Part shown: positions 14,101-25,400 of the stretch, in pieces
How positions within the stretch are numbered: position 1 is the first letter of the stretch
Layout of the letters: each line of letters begins with the position of its first letter
Assembly (NCBI GenBank): GCA_964057225.1
Contig: OZ059900.1
Coordinates: forward strand, 10,354,001-10,418,000
Source of the DNA: Auanema rhodensis
Lineage: Eukaryota > Animalia > Nematoda
Direction: 5' to 3'
DNA length: 64,000 bases
The notes under the pieces: model-generated
Told to the model about the DNA's origin: nothing
Databases searched by the model: none
What the model saw: only the letters and a program-made list of their open reading frames with translations
Made by a program: the position numbers and the translations under genes

Positions 14101-15084
14101 TCTCAAAGTTATCGTAATTTACGACATGACATCCGTTCCCCCATCTACGCCCAAAAGATTTATGATGGAATATTCAAAAATTTGGAAATAAATAATAAAT
14201 TTGTGTCCAGGATGTATAGAATACGTCATTTCCGGCGGAGTTGTGTCGTGTCGTGTGTCTCTCCGTCTGTTATGGAATAGCTCTAAGCAGACCATATCTA
14301 GTTCTGAGTTAAAAATTGTAACAAATATATAATATCACTGGGCGGAGTTGACATTAAGCTTAAAGGCGGAGCATAAAATTACAACATATATAATATGAAA
14401 TTGATGTAAACTCAATCATTTCAATTATTCATTACCTGTATACTTTATTAACTATAAATAAATTGATTTATTGATAAACTATCTATTCAGTATTCAAATT
14501 CACTTTATAGTTCTTTTTCATTTGCAAATATATTATGTTATATAATCTGTTAAATATGCTCAAAAAACAAGAAGCATAGCCAACCATGTTGACTATTTTG
14601 AAATTAATTTGAACTTATTTCTCAACTTTTGTTCTTAGTTGTCTCATTTTTTTCTGTTAATTATTTTTGAATAAATGAATTTAACTTCACATATATTACA
14701 GAATTTCATTTTATGTTCGCATGCTTTTTGAATGAACTTCAACATTTTCATAGTAGCATAGTTAAAGTTTAAAAGTTATTTTCTAATTAAATCAAATTTC
14801 CTCATTGCTACAATGCTCGAAATCTGAAACTTTGTTCTCTACTTCATATCACATCTAATCCATTTTTAGTAATATATGCTCCTACTCATATCCGATTTCA
14901 AATTAAAGTCATATATATTTTAATTTAAAAATCATAACGTCTATTTGCTTTCATTTAATTTTGTTCAGTAACTATATCATATTTATAACTTTATGTACAA
15001 ACAACACATATATATATATATATTTATTTATTTATTAAATATAATCAATATAATAAAATAAATACATATATTAACATTGTAGTG

Positions 15085-15733
15085 ATGAATCAGAGTTCTG
15101 CTATGCGGCATGGACTTGCATCATGGATGTTACTGTTACTGATTAGTATTCCTGGGCTATATGCTCATTACTCTGATATTAATGCTAGCTTTCGCCACAT
15201 GAAGGTATTCATGCAAAATCTTCAACAATGAAGTAAACATCAACATTTTCAGTTTTATCATAGTTTTACCGATAAACATCTGGCAATTAATGAAGGAAGT
15301 AAGTTATTTCATCATCTTCGTTTAAAGCTTCTCATCTTCTTAATCATTAATAAACTATTCATATTCTCATCTCATTAACCACATCTTATTGATTTTCACT
15401 TTAGTTGGTATTGGTTGTCATCGTGAATATGCCCTCTATTGTAATGGTGATAAAACTCATTGTGTCTCTCCATACCAAATGTGCAATGGGGATAACGATT
15501 GTCCTGGAGGAGAAGATGAGCATTCTATTAATTGCTTATTTCACCGAATGGTGCGAACTATCTTTCTTTATGTCTTATTCTCATTTAAAAAAAAACATAT
15601 AATCTTCATTATTATATTAACTATATTTAAGCAGAAAACAACAACAAATATGCTTACTGGTCGAATTAATATTATATATGACAAATTTCGTTTTCTGGAA
15701 CACGAATTTCCAGACTTGGCTGGAGTTTATTAA
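15085..15733 (+). CDS. hen-1: Small secreted protein with one LDL-receptor class A module (HEN-1/Jelly belly-like)
   Basis: Signal peptide (LASWMLLLLISIPGLYA), four exons, LDLa module CHREYALYCNGDKTHCVSPYQMCNGDNDCPGGEDEHSINCLFHRM followed by a short helical tail, and no TM segment. The secreted LDLa call is strong. The hen-1 name rests on architecture and the C-x-F-H ending. Confidence 0.65.
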
Positions 15734-16486
15734 CATAATTTAATTTTCAATTGTCTATTGACATTAGTTCCTTTCATCACATCCTTTCATTTTCTATTAC
15801 CGTATTCCAGTCCCGCAAATGTAGTTCAACTGGTCAGCAAAAGCATAAGAGATATAACAATACATTTTTTGAAATATTAATGTTTATTACTTCTATTCAT
15901 ATTCACAGGTTTTCAGAATTCACATCATCAGTCTTGCCTCCAATTGTCCATATTATTCATATTTTATATTCTATACTATGTGTTAGTTATCATGTTTTAT
16001 TATATTATAGTGATATTGTTTAATAACTAGCCTTCGCACCTCTTCTTTCTGCACATTCTGATTTTTTTCAAAAACTTCAGACTACTCATTACATGAGATT
16101 TATTAAATGAATTTTTAAGAAGATTTTAATTGTTCAAACAATTTCTGATAATTATAAAGATTATAAGAATAAAAAATAATAGTAAAATTGAATAGTAAGA
16201 AGTATATGGAGCATTTTAATAAAAATAGATAAATATTACAAAATTTCTGAAATGTTCTGACTAATTATGATTAATTGCCTATGTTTCCCTAATAACATAG
16301 ACAATTCACTCACAAAAGCCAATCAGTTTCAAATATCATGTGGAACATTAGCCAAACACATAGTCGTGGCTAGAAACGCATACGAGTTGGCAGGCAGACA
16401 GGTGTGAAAATAGCAAAATGAAAATAGATGAACAATTGCTTTGTTTCATCGTATATTATCAGTTTCTCTATATTTATTAAGCATTC

Positions 16487-18442
16487 ATGTCATCTAATAA
16501 TGGTAAGTAACAACACATTTTTTATTAATTCTCAGTATTTTCTTAAAGGTTTCATATGTGAAACAGAATATTTTACGTTTTTTGAATATTTTCGCTAAGT
16601 TATTTATGCCAAATTATGTTTTTTTTATTTTTATTGATTACATTCATGAATTGCTATCATTGTAAACAGAATAATCAAAAAACTGATGTTTTGACACGTA
16701 ATTTTCTTTTGTATTTACAGGAAAATCAATAACATTACCAGTCATAGGATTAGTTATATTATGCGTGTATTTGAGCACATTCTTATTTGAATCACAAGCT
16801 CCATTATATTTCTATACTGTTAACTTAACGTCAATTAAGTCACGAATATGGAGTGACGATCTAGGAAGTAGTGAGTATCAGGATATGAAGGAGATTGAAT
16901 ATGAAACGTCAACATATTCTGATAATTTATATGAAGTAACTGATGATATTGAAGATACAACATTGAATAATGAAATTGCTGAATCAATTCCCAAGAAAGA
17001 TGCTTCGAATGTATCTGTTTCAAAGAATAAAGTAAAACTTACATTAACTAGAATTGAAATAAATTGTATTTAGATGCCAATATTCTTAGCTTGGACACGG
17101 TTTCATTCAAGACATATGATACATGTTTTAAAAAAGCTTCATAGCTGTCCATACAAATGCTATATAACCTCTAATCGAAGGTAGATTTAAATAAATTTTC
17201 AAGAACTTTGAAGAAGAACTTTCAAAATAATTTCGAAAATTTCGAATTTTAAAGCTATTTACCAACTGCTGATTTTGTATTTCATCATGGAGCTGATCTA
17301 TCAACTCGTGGATTAGTAAAGACGCGCTATCCAAACCAGAAAAATGTTTTTTTCATGAGAGAATCACCCGGAAGAAACAATGATCGTTTTTACAATGGAT
17401 GGAAAAAGGTTAATTAATAATATGATGATATAATAGAGCTAGTTGAAACGTGTGATTTCATGCAAAATACTGATTTTTCTATATTTTCGTAGTTATTTGT
17501 CTGTTTCTAGATTCCAATGTCATATTTTAATGTCACATTAACATATCTAAAACGATCTGATTATTGGGAAAGATACGATTATTTTATTGAAAGAACAGGG
17601 GATGCTATGGAACTTGTTTGGAATGAAGAAGATGTTGATAACGCTGTTAGAGCAAAAACAAACGGCAGTTTATTCATCAGCTCACATTGTGCTGCCGAAT
17701 CAGGACGTGATGGTTTAGTTCGCAAGCTGTCGAGATTAACAGCTGTAACCAGGTTTGAAAATTTCTGATTAAAAAACACTGTGAAGCATAATTTTCATTT
17801 TTAGATTAGGAGCATGTGCGAGAAAGTCGTGTGATAGGCAATGCGCGACAGGAATGATTAGTATGTTTTCAATTAAAATTTAAATGAATATAGTTAACTT
17901 TATATAATTATATAGAGAGTCATTACTTTTACTTGGCGTTGGAGAATAGTATATGCGAAGAATATATAACAGAAAAGTTCTTTAAGATGAAACAGCTGAT
18001 TGGTAAGCATGTATTAAACAAATAATAGATTAAAATAAAATAATTTCAGTTCCAATTACATTCAAAAGAAAATTACTTCAGCATTTAGCACCAGCTGATT
18101 CATTTATAGCAATTGATGATTTCTGTTCATTGGAAGAATTAGCTAAATATCTTGATTATCTAATGAAAAATCCCAAAGAATATAAGAAGTAAGTTAATTA
18201 TAAAACTTAAAAATAATTTTATATTATATACTAGATACTTCAATTGGACTAAAAAGTACTCAAAATCAAAAATCACAGGTGCTTTATGTGAATTATGCCG
18301 TGATGCGATAATTGGAAATGTTACCGTAACCAACTATGCTCTTAACTATACAACTGTGTCTAGTTTTATGCCGAGATCTAAATGTCAGAATGCTATGGGA
18401 AAAAAATTAACTCGAAACCGTTGTCACCGTGAGAATATATAG
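16487..18442 (+). CDS. Alpha-1,3-fucosyltransferase, glycosyltransferase family GT10 (type II membrane protein)
   Basis: N-terminal anchor LPVIGLVILCVYLSTFLF, acidic stem, FFMRESP, FNVTLTYLKRSD, the GT10 motif YFYLALENSICEEYITEKFF, DSFIAIDDF and C-terminal LCELC. Stop TAG is at 18440-18442. Confidence 0.93.
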
Positions 18443-18875
18443 TTATAGTTATTGAGAAACAATATAGGAAATTATTATTATTCTTCTTTTTAAAGTTTAG
18501 ATTCATGTTGTTTTTTTTCAAATATTACCGTAATTATTTTGTAATTTGAAGAACTTTTTTCTCGAACAAACTCTTTATATTTTGCTATAATTAATGCTAA
18601 ATAGATATTTCAAATGAACTATTATGGATTGACAAGAAATATCAAATCGAGCTGATGCTAACTATATGATTGATTAAATATATTGATATATCAATATATG
18701 TATGTACAGTAATGAGAACAACTACTTCAGATGCAATTATGATATCATACCCGATAGCATAATTATTGATTAAACGTAGAATATTATATGTGACTAAAAC
18801 ATTGTGATTATACGGAACAAGATTTAAAGAAATATTTACAAATGACACAAATAGAGCAGCAGCATTGATAGCTTT

Positions 18876-20816
18876 CTAGCGAGATTGAAGACCAGGATGT
18901 CTTGAACTGTCTGCAAGAATAAACAGTAGATACCGTAACATTAACAAAAGTCAGAGCTTACCAAATAAATCATGTAAAATTTCAAAGTTATTGGTGTTAT
19001 GATTCATCAGATGCTCTAATTGTTTCTCAACTTCAACGAATGTTGGTCTATCAGTTTTTCTTCTCTGAAACAATTACAATATGGGAAGAGCACACAGATG
19101 TCAATGTACCTGCCAGCATGAAATCATGATGGTAGTCAATTGCTTGGGGCAGTATTCAGGTGACTTCAATCTAAATTAATCTTTTTTGAGTGTTTCATTT
19201 TCAATAAAAGGGTACCTCATATGATCTAAGAGAACGTTGCAGAGATTCTTTTCGGAGATTGTTGGATATGGGGTACGACACAAGGTTATTATTTCCCAAA
19301 GCAAAACTCCGAAAGACCAGCTTAATATTTGATTATTATAATTATAACAAGTTTTTTTAATATTTACATGTTGGATGCTTCATCGTCAGGAAAACCAAGC
19401 ATTTTCTCTATAGAATGCCATTTGATTTGCAACTCTTCTCTTGCATGCTTGCTGAAATGTTATAAGATAGTATGCTATCATAAACTATAAGGCCTACTGT
19501 GCATCAGAACTGTCATGACAAAATCCAAAATCAGCAATCTTCATAACCCAATTCGATGTGACTAAGATGTTACGAGCAGCTATATTGGAATGAATTATCT
19601 AAAATATATTTCTATAGGTTATATAAGCATATAAACGATATCAGATACGTTAATGTCATGAAGATAGGCAAGACCATTAGCTATTTGAGCACCAAAGTAT
19701 AAGCAATCGTAGATTCTCAGCTTTTCTTCGCATAAGAAATCCTTTTCAATGTAAAGAGGATCCCAGTTATCACTATAGCAGGACATAGAAGTCACCATAG
19801 GTCGTTGATTTCTCAGAAAATTTCTAAAAAAATTTTAATACGTTGTTCAGAATTTCAGTACCGTAAATTTCCATTTTCACAATATTCTACTATAAGACTC
19901 TTGTGGCAGTTCACTTCGCATACACCAAACAGTTCCAAAATATGGTTGTGTGGGGAAGCTTTAGCAAGAATATTGAACAGAGCGTCCAGTTCTTTTTCAA
20001 ATTCCTTTCTATGCCGGCCGTTAAGCAATTGCTTTACAGCTACTTCTGATATCTAAACGAAAAACGTATAATCTATAGGCTTTACAGATATACTTGAGAT
20101 TAAACTTACTTTCTCAAATGTTCCTTCGTTAATTTTCTTAGTGTAGCTTCCTTTAAAAACACGACTGAATGATCCTTTTCCAAGAAATTTGCCAACGCGT
20201 AATCTATTGACCCAATATACTAATGTGATAGCTAGCTAATGAATTACCTTTCTTCTTCCAAACTCCAGCGTTCAGTAGGATGTTTCATAAAATAATCAGA
20301 TGTTGGTGCTCTCATTACCTGTTCAATAGGAGCTTCGTTCCACCATCTTTTTCTAGCTTCTATCTGTAATAATGCTACTAGTTGCAAAGCAACAGTTGAA
20401 ACTCACAGTATTCGCAATGTTTCCACTAATATTTCTGACATTGATTATTTTAGCTGGCAAGTAAACATATGCTTGAGCGTTAGCATTTGAATCCTATACG
20501 CAAAGTTTCTATTAATTATGCAAATTATACATTATAATGAACCCACATTTTCTTCATTGCTTTTTCTCTCATCTGGTACATTCTGATTAGCAAGTACAAA
20601 CACTATCTCAAGATCTTTGATACGATCTTGTGCGCGAGTTTTAAACTTGATAATCCAATAGCGTATAACATTTTTTAAAAATAGAACAAGAATTATGAAA
20701 AGAAGAGCGAGAATTAGAAGTACTATAAATAAAATTTGTATACTATTCTATTATATTATTTTAAATATACCTAGAACAATTGTAATATTTTCATCCAAGT
20801 CTGGATCGAATGACAT
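18876..20816 (-). CDS. Single-pass FGFR-like tyrosine kinase with about 12-aa ectodomain; predicted pseudokinase (HRD replaced by HSN)
   Basis: Spliced frame is open throughout: MSFDPDLDENITIVL-TM(VLLILALLFIILVLFL)-...WSLEEERLRVGKFLGKGSFS...EVAVK...VEYCENGNLR...IIHSNIAARNILV...KIADFGF...IKWHSIE...[22 protein letters not shown]...CWQ...DRPTF. An in-frame TGA lies upstream of ATG 20816 within its exon. Stop TAG is at 18876-18878. Confidence 0.88.
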
Positions 20817-22455
20817 AGTTTTAATAAAAGAAGTTGGAACAAATATATATCAAGTTAGCCTACAAGTGAATGTATTTAATACAAATTATATCAAAATGTA
20901 TACTGTATGAGTAAATTAGTAAAATTTTATAGAATTGTGAACATTAGTCTATCAATTTGTTATTTAACGAGAAATCATGGAAGCAGCACCTTACATTCAA
21001 TATCAATTGTTTATAGAGAACAAATAGAAACGATATTAAAATGTCAGACAATAGCAAAACCTTGAGAAGACAAGAATTCTATCAGTTTGAGCCTATTGAG
21101 ATTTAGAAGTCTTTCAAATTAAATTAGACTGAGTAGTAATGGCAATAAAAGTTTTAAAAGCATGGAGAAACTGTTAGTTCTCTGCGTTAAGGCTAAACAA
21201 GGAAGTACACAAATCCATTTATCAGAGAAAATACTCGGATATTGAGAACTTCTAAGATCTAAATTCAATTACGATTTAGATGAGACCTATAGAACTTGAC
21301 AAATGAGATGCATCATCATAACTAGTAATGTTTAATGGAGTTGAATATGATATAGGAATTATATAAAAATAGAAACTAAGCTGGAAAATATTTAAATATG
21401 TCGAAAAGTCGAGAGAAAAAAAACAAGATGGCTATCGTATAATCACGGCAGGGAGTGAATTTAGAAAAAAAGGGCGCAGATAAGTAAATGGCGCCTAAAC
21501 AATATTTGAAAATATTATTTTTTTAACACAAAATATTGTAAAAACAATACAATCAACAAAGAAAAAAACTGTCATATTCTCTAGTTTTTATTCGTTTGGC
21601 GCCATAAATTGGGTATTGCAATAAGGTTTGCAGTCTGATGCGGTCAAGATCAATATCGAAAGTTGAACTTTTGAATAGACGTTCTTAGTCCACACGTTCT
21701 TTGTATTCCTATCTCTGAATAACGTAGAAAATCTGTCGCACATGTGGTTTTTAGTCATTTGTTTCTGTGAATTTCCCATGTTGTAGGTAAATTTTTCAAG
21801 TTTTTTTCAGCATTTTTTCGTTGTGAAAGATTTAAATAAGCATGGTTTGTATCAAGTGCATTTGCTTCGTTTGTGAAGTAGTCCGTTCAGTCTCTTAGAA
21901 ACTAGATCAGCGTGATACGAGATGGTCTCAATGAACTAGGAAACCTTTTGATTTCTTATCAAATAAATGCTCTTATAAACATTCTCAATGATATCGTTGC
22001 ATTTCGAGAAGAACAATAGTTTTGTTGGTGTATCTAAAGCATAGTACATATAATTTGTTTCAGGATAAGCACTTCTTGTCAAATAGAAATCACATTATTT
22101 CCTCGGTACATATGGTTAGGATGACCAGTCAGTCGGCTGTGATTTATAGAGAAAGAAATGGAAGATATACTTAAGAATATCAATACGCGATTAATGTAAA
22201 TTCTCAATTGAAGAAATTCATTACCACTTCAAGAACCAAAGTATTATAGCTACATATAACGGTTTAGTTGTTGATATTTGCATATATTTATACGAATTAG
22301 TTTATTAATTTTTCATAATTAATGATAGTTTATATAAATTTTTATTCTTAATCTTATATTATCAACAAATAATATATGTGGACAAGGATATGAATATGAT
22401 TTCAATTCTCTTGATCCTATTGATTTAACACATCTGAGTCTTTTGCTTTGTACAA

Positions 22456-25400
22456 TTAGCTCTGAAATACATCAGAAGCTATCTGAAATAGTAAAATGAA
22501 TGAATATACTGAACATTGTAGTATAACCTACGTCTGCATTAAAATTGACATATGACGGATTTTCTTGAGGACCTAAACATTCAAAAAACATTAGCATCAC
22601 CTTTGATTAAATTGAAATTTGTAACTTACAGTCATTTTCATCTAAAGCTTGTGTTTCATTTGGAGATTGTTCTAACATCCATTCAAGATATGTTGCTATC
22701 ATTGTAAATGTTGGTCGTAAATCACGTTTTTCCTGAAAATACTTTGCTCCATGCTCAGATATAAATGCAACATGTTATCAATATTCTTGACATGTTATCT
22801 GACAACTGACCTGCCAGCAAGTAACCATAAGTACATAAATCTCTTCGGGACAGTTATGAGGAGCTTCCATTCTGTTATATAATCAAGTTAATAAATGTTT
22901 TGTTTTAATCAAAATGGATATGATAACAATAGTTTTACCTATATCCAGCTTTTAAGCATGTAAATAGCTGTTCCATTGCTATAGTTGGATAAGGAGTACC
23001 ACCTAATGTCATAATTTCCCACATTACAATGCCAAAAGACCAACTGTAAACAGATTTTTAATCATAGAAATGTGAATCAAGTCTTGTAATTAGCTTACAC
23101 ATCACTTTCTATTGTTGATATTTGGTTATCAAGCGTTTCAATAGCCATCCATTTGAATGGTAATCGTTCTTTACCCTTTTTTCTGAGATAAAAATCAAAT
23201 AACAAGAAAAATATATGTATCAGTTACCTGTAATAATCATTATATTTAACATCCTTAGATAAACCGAAATCCGAAACTTTCATCACAAAGTTGGCTGCAA
23301 CTAACACATTACGAGCTGCCAAATCACGATGTACAATCTATAAGTAAATTTTCCAATAAAATCATGAGGAAATATGTTTTTTGTACCTTTCGACTGGCCA
23401 TAAATTCCATAGCTTTTGCTATTTGGAATGCAAACTGCACTAGATGTCGTTGTGTCAAGTTCTCAATAACAGGCTTTTGCGTATAACATGCTTTACGTGG
23501 TTCTAAATAATCTGTATAACCTCCGGTTTTTAGTTTTTCATCTTTAGGTCGATGTGCCCGCAGGAAATCTCTGAAATTTCATTCATGGCTCAGATTATTA
23601 ACTTCATCATACCTCAAGTTGCCATATTCGCATAACTCTAGTAATACGTATAGCGGGCCAACTCCTGAGCAACAACCAATCAAACGCAATATATTCTCAT
23701 GACAACCAATGATCTTGAACATTTCCATTTCTTGAACTAATGTGACAAGATCCTTTTCAGTTGCACTTGGCTTAACCTTCTTAACAGCTACAGGCATCTG
23801 TAATTTCAAACAGATTTTTGTAATATGATACTTATAAATTACCTCAAGCTCTTCGCCGCCAGCTTCTGGTGGCACACGTAATGTTGCTTTCCATACTTCT
23901 CCAAATGCTCCTGAACCGATAACTTCTTGTAACTGCAGGCGATCTCGTTCTATTTCCCAGTTTTGATCTGTCGAAACTTCATACTCATCAAGCATAGTTA
24001 GCTCCGAGCTTAATCGGAATCGTGTGCCTTTACGTTTAGGAGGATTTTGTTCCACAACCTAATTATTATAATAAATGAGCTATAGAAACCGTATATACAT
24101 AATAGAGCTTACTTGTACTTGATAAGATGCTGGTTGTTCTCGCCATTCACCATTACTATGCGTTTTATGCGTAACAATGATCTAAAAATTAAAAAATATT
24201 ATGGAAAATAAGAAATTATTTACCTTTTTACGTTTTCTAATAAGTGCCTCATTCTCTAAGAAATGTTTTTTCTTGTAGTACGTGATACATGTTATATATG
24301 CAACACCTAATCCAACTAATATTGAAATACTCACAATGACAAAAGCAATTAAAACTGAAATATTCAATAATATAATCAATAATAATGTTTTATTAATATT
24401 ACTTATCCACCATATAGTTAACTCTGATTCAACTGATCCCGTGGGAATTTCAAAATCCATGAAATCATTAACAAATAAAGTTGCATTAGCCATTGCCTGT
24501 CATATTATTAATTATATATAAGATGTAAGAAATAGAACTTACTAAACCGAGTGTATTTCCTGTTATACAAGCATATACTCCTTGATCATCAGTTGATATA
24601 TGCTCAATTAATAATGTTGATTCATCACGATCTTGCACTATAGTTGCACGCTAAAAAAGAATTTAACTATGAGTCAGCATAGTTCAATAAGCAAGAATTC
24701 ATTAAAAAAAACAAATATTATAACAAAGCGCGAAATAACACCGTACCTCAAAATCGGTTAAATCTTGATATACATATTTTTCGGGTGAATCATATGATGA
24801 CTCGTATGATCGCTGATTTTCAGATCGAATCATACGTGCCCATACAATATGTGGTGCTAAATCTGATATAACTTTACATCGAAATCTGGCAGTTGAATTC
24901 ACATTAACCTAGAAAAAAAAGTGGGAACATGATGAATGTGTTTAAAGTACAGCAAGATAGTTAGCAGAGCCTGCGCTACTTACCGTTTGATTGACAAGCA
25001 CATTTGGAATAATTAATGGTGGTGATCTCATTCGACTTATAATTTTTACGTGGAAAGTTCGGTTAACTGTTCCAATTTCGCTCCAAATCTTGAAGAAGTG
25101 AATAAAGTGTATTTATCACAAACGAAAGAATTTGATATACCTCGCATACATATTTCCCAGAATCATCTGTAGATGCATCTTCAAGCTCTAAACTCCATTT
25201 GCGAATACGATATTCAGATCCTGATCCACGGGGTGAATCCTGTACAATTAGAGCATCATTTTTATGCCAAATAACCTATAAACTCAATCATTAGCAAAAA
25301 CTCAATTATATTTCATCTCACCATAGGTTCAGGATAGCCACCGGCTTTACAGCTCAACCGTACTGTTCTACCTGCTGGAGATGCAACATGTCGTTCCTGT

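Noticed and set aside
23798-23842. Stop-free 45-nt in-frame stretch inside the egl-15 kinase ORF
   Set aside because: It has canonical GT..CAG ends, and the pseudokinase has an intron at the matching position, so it is treated as an ordinary intron.
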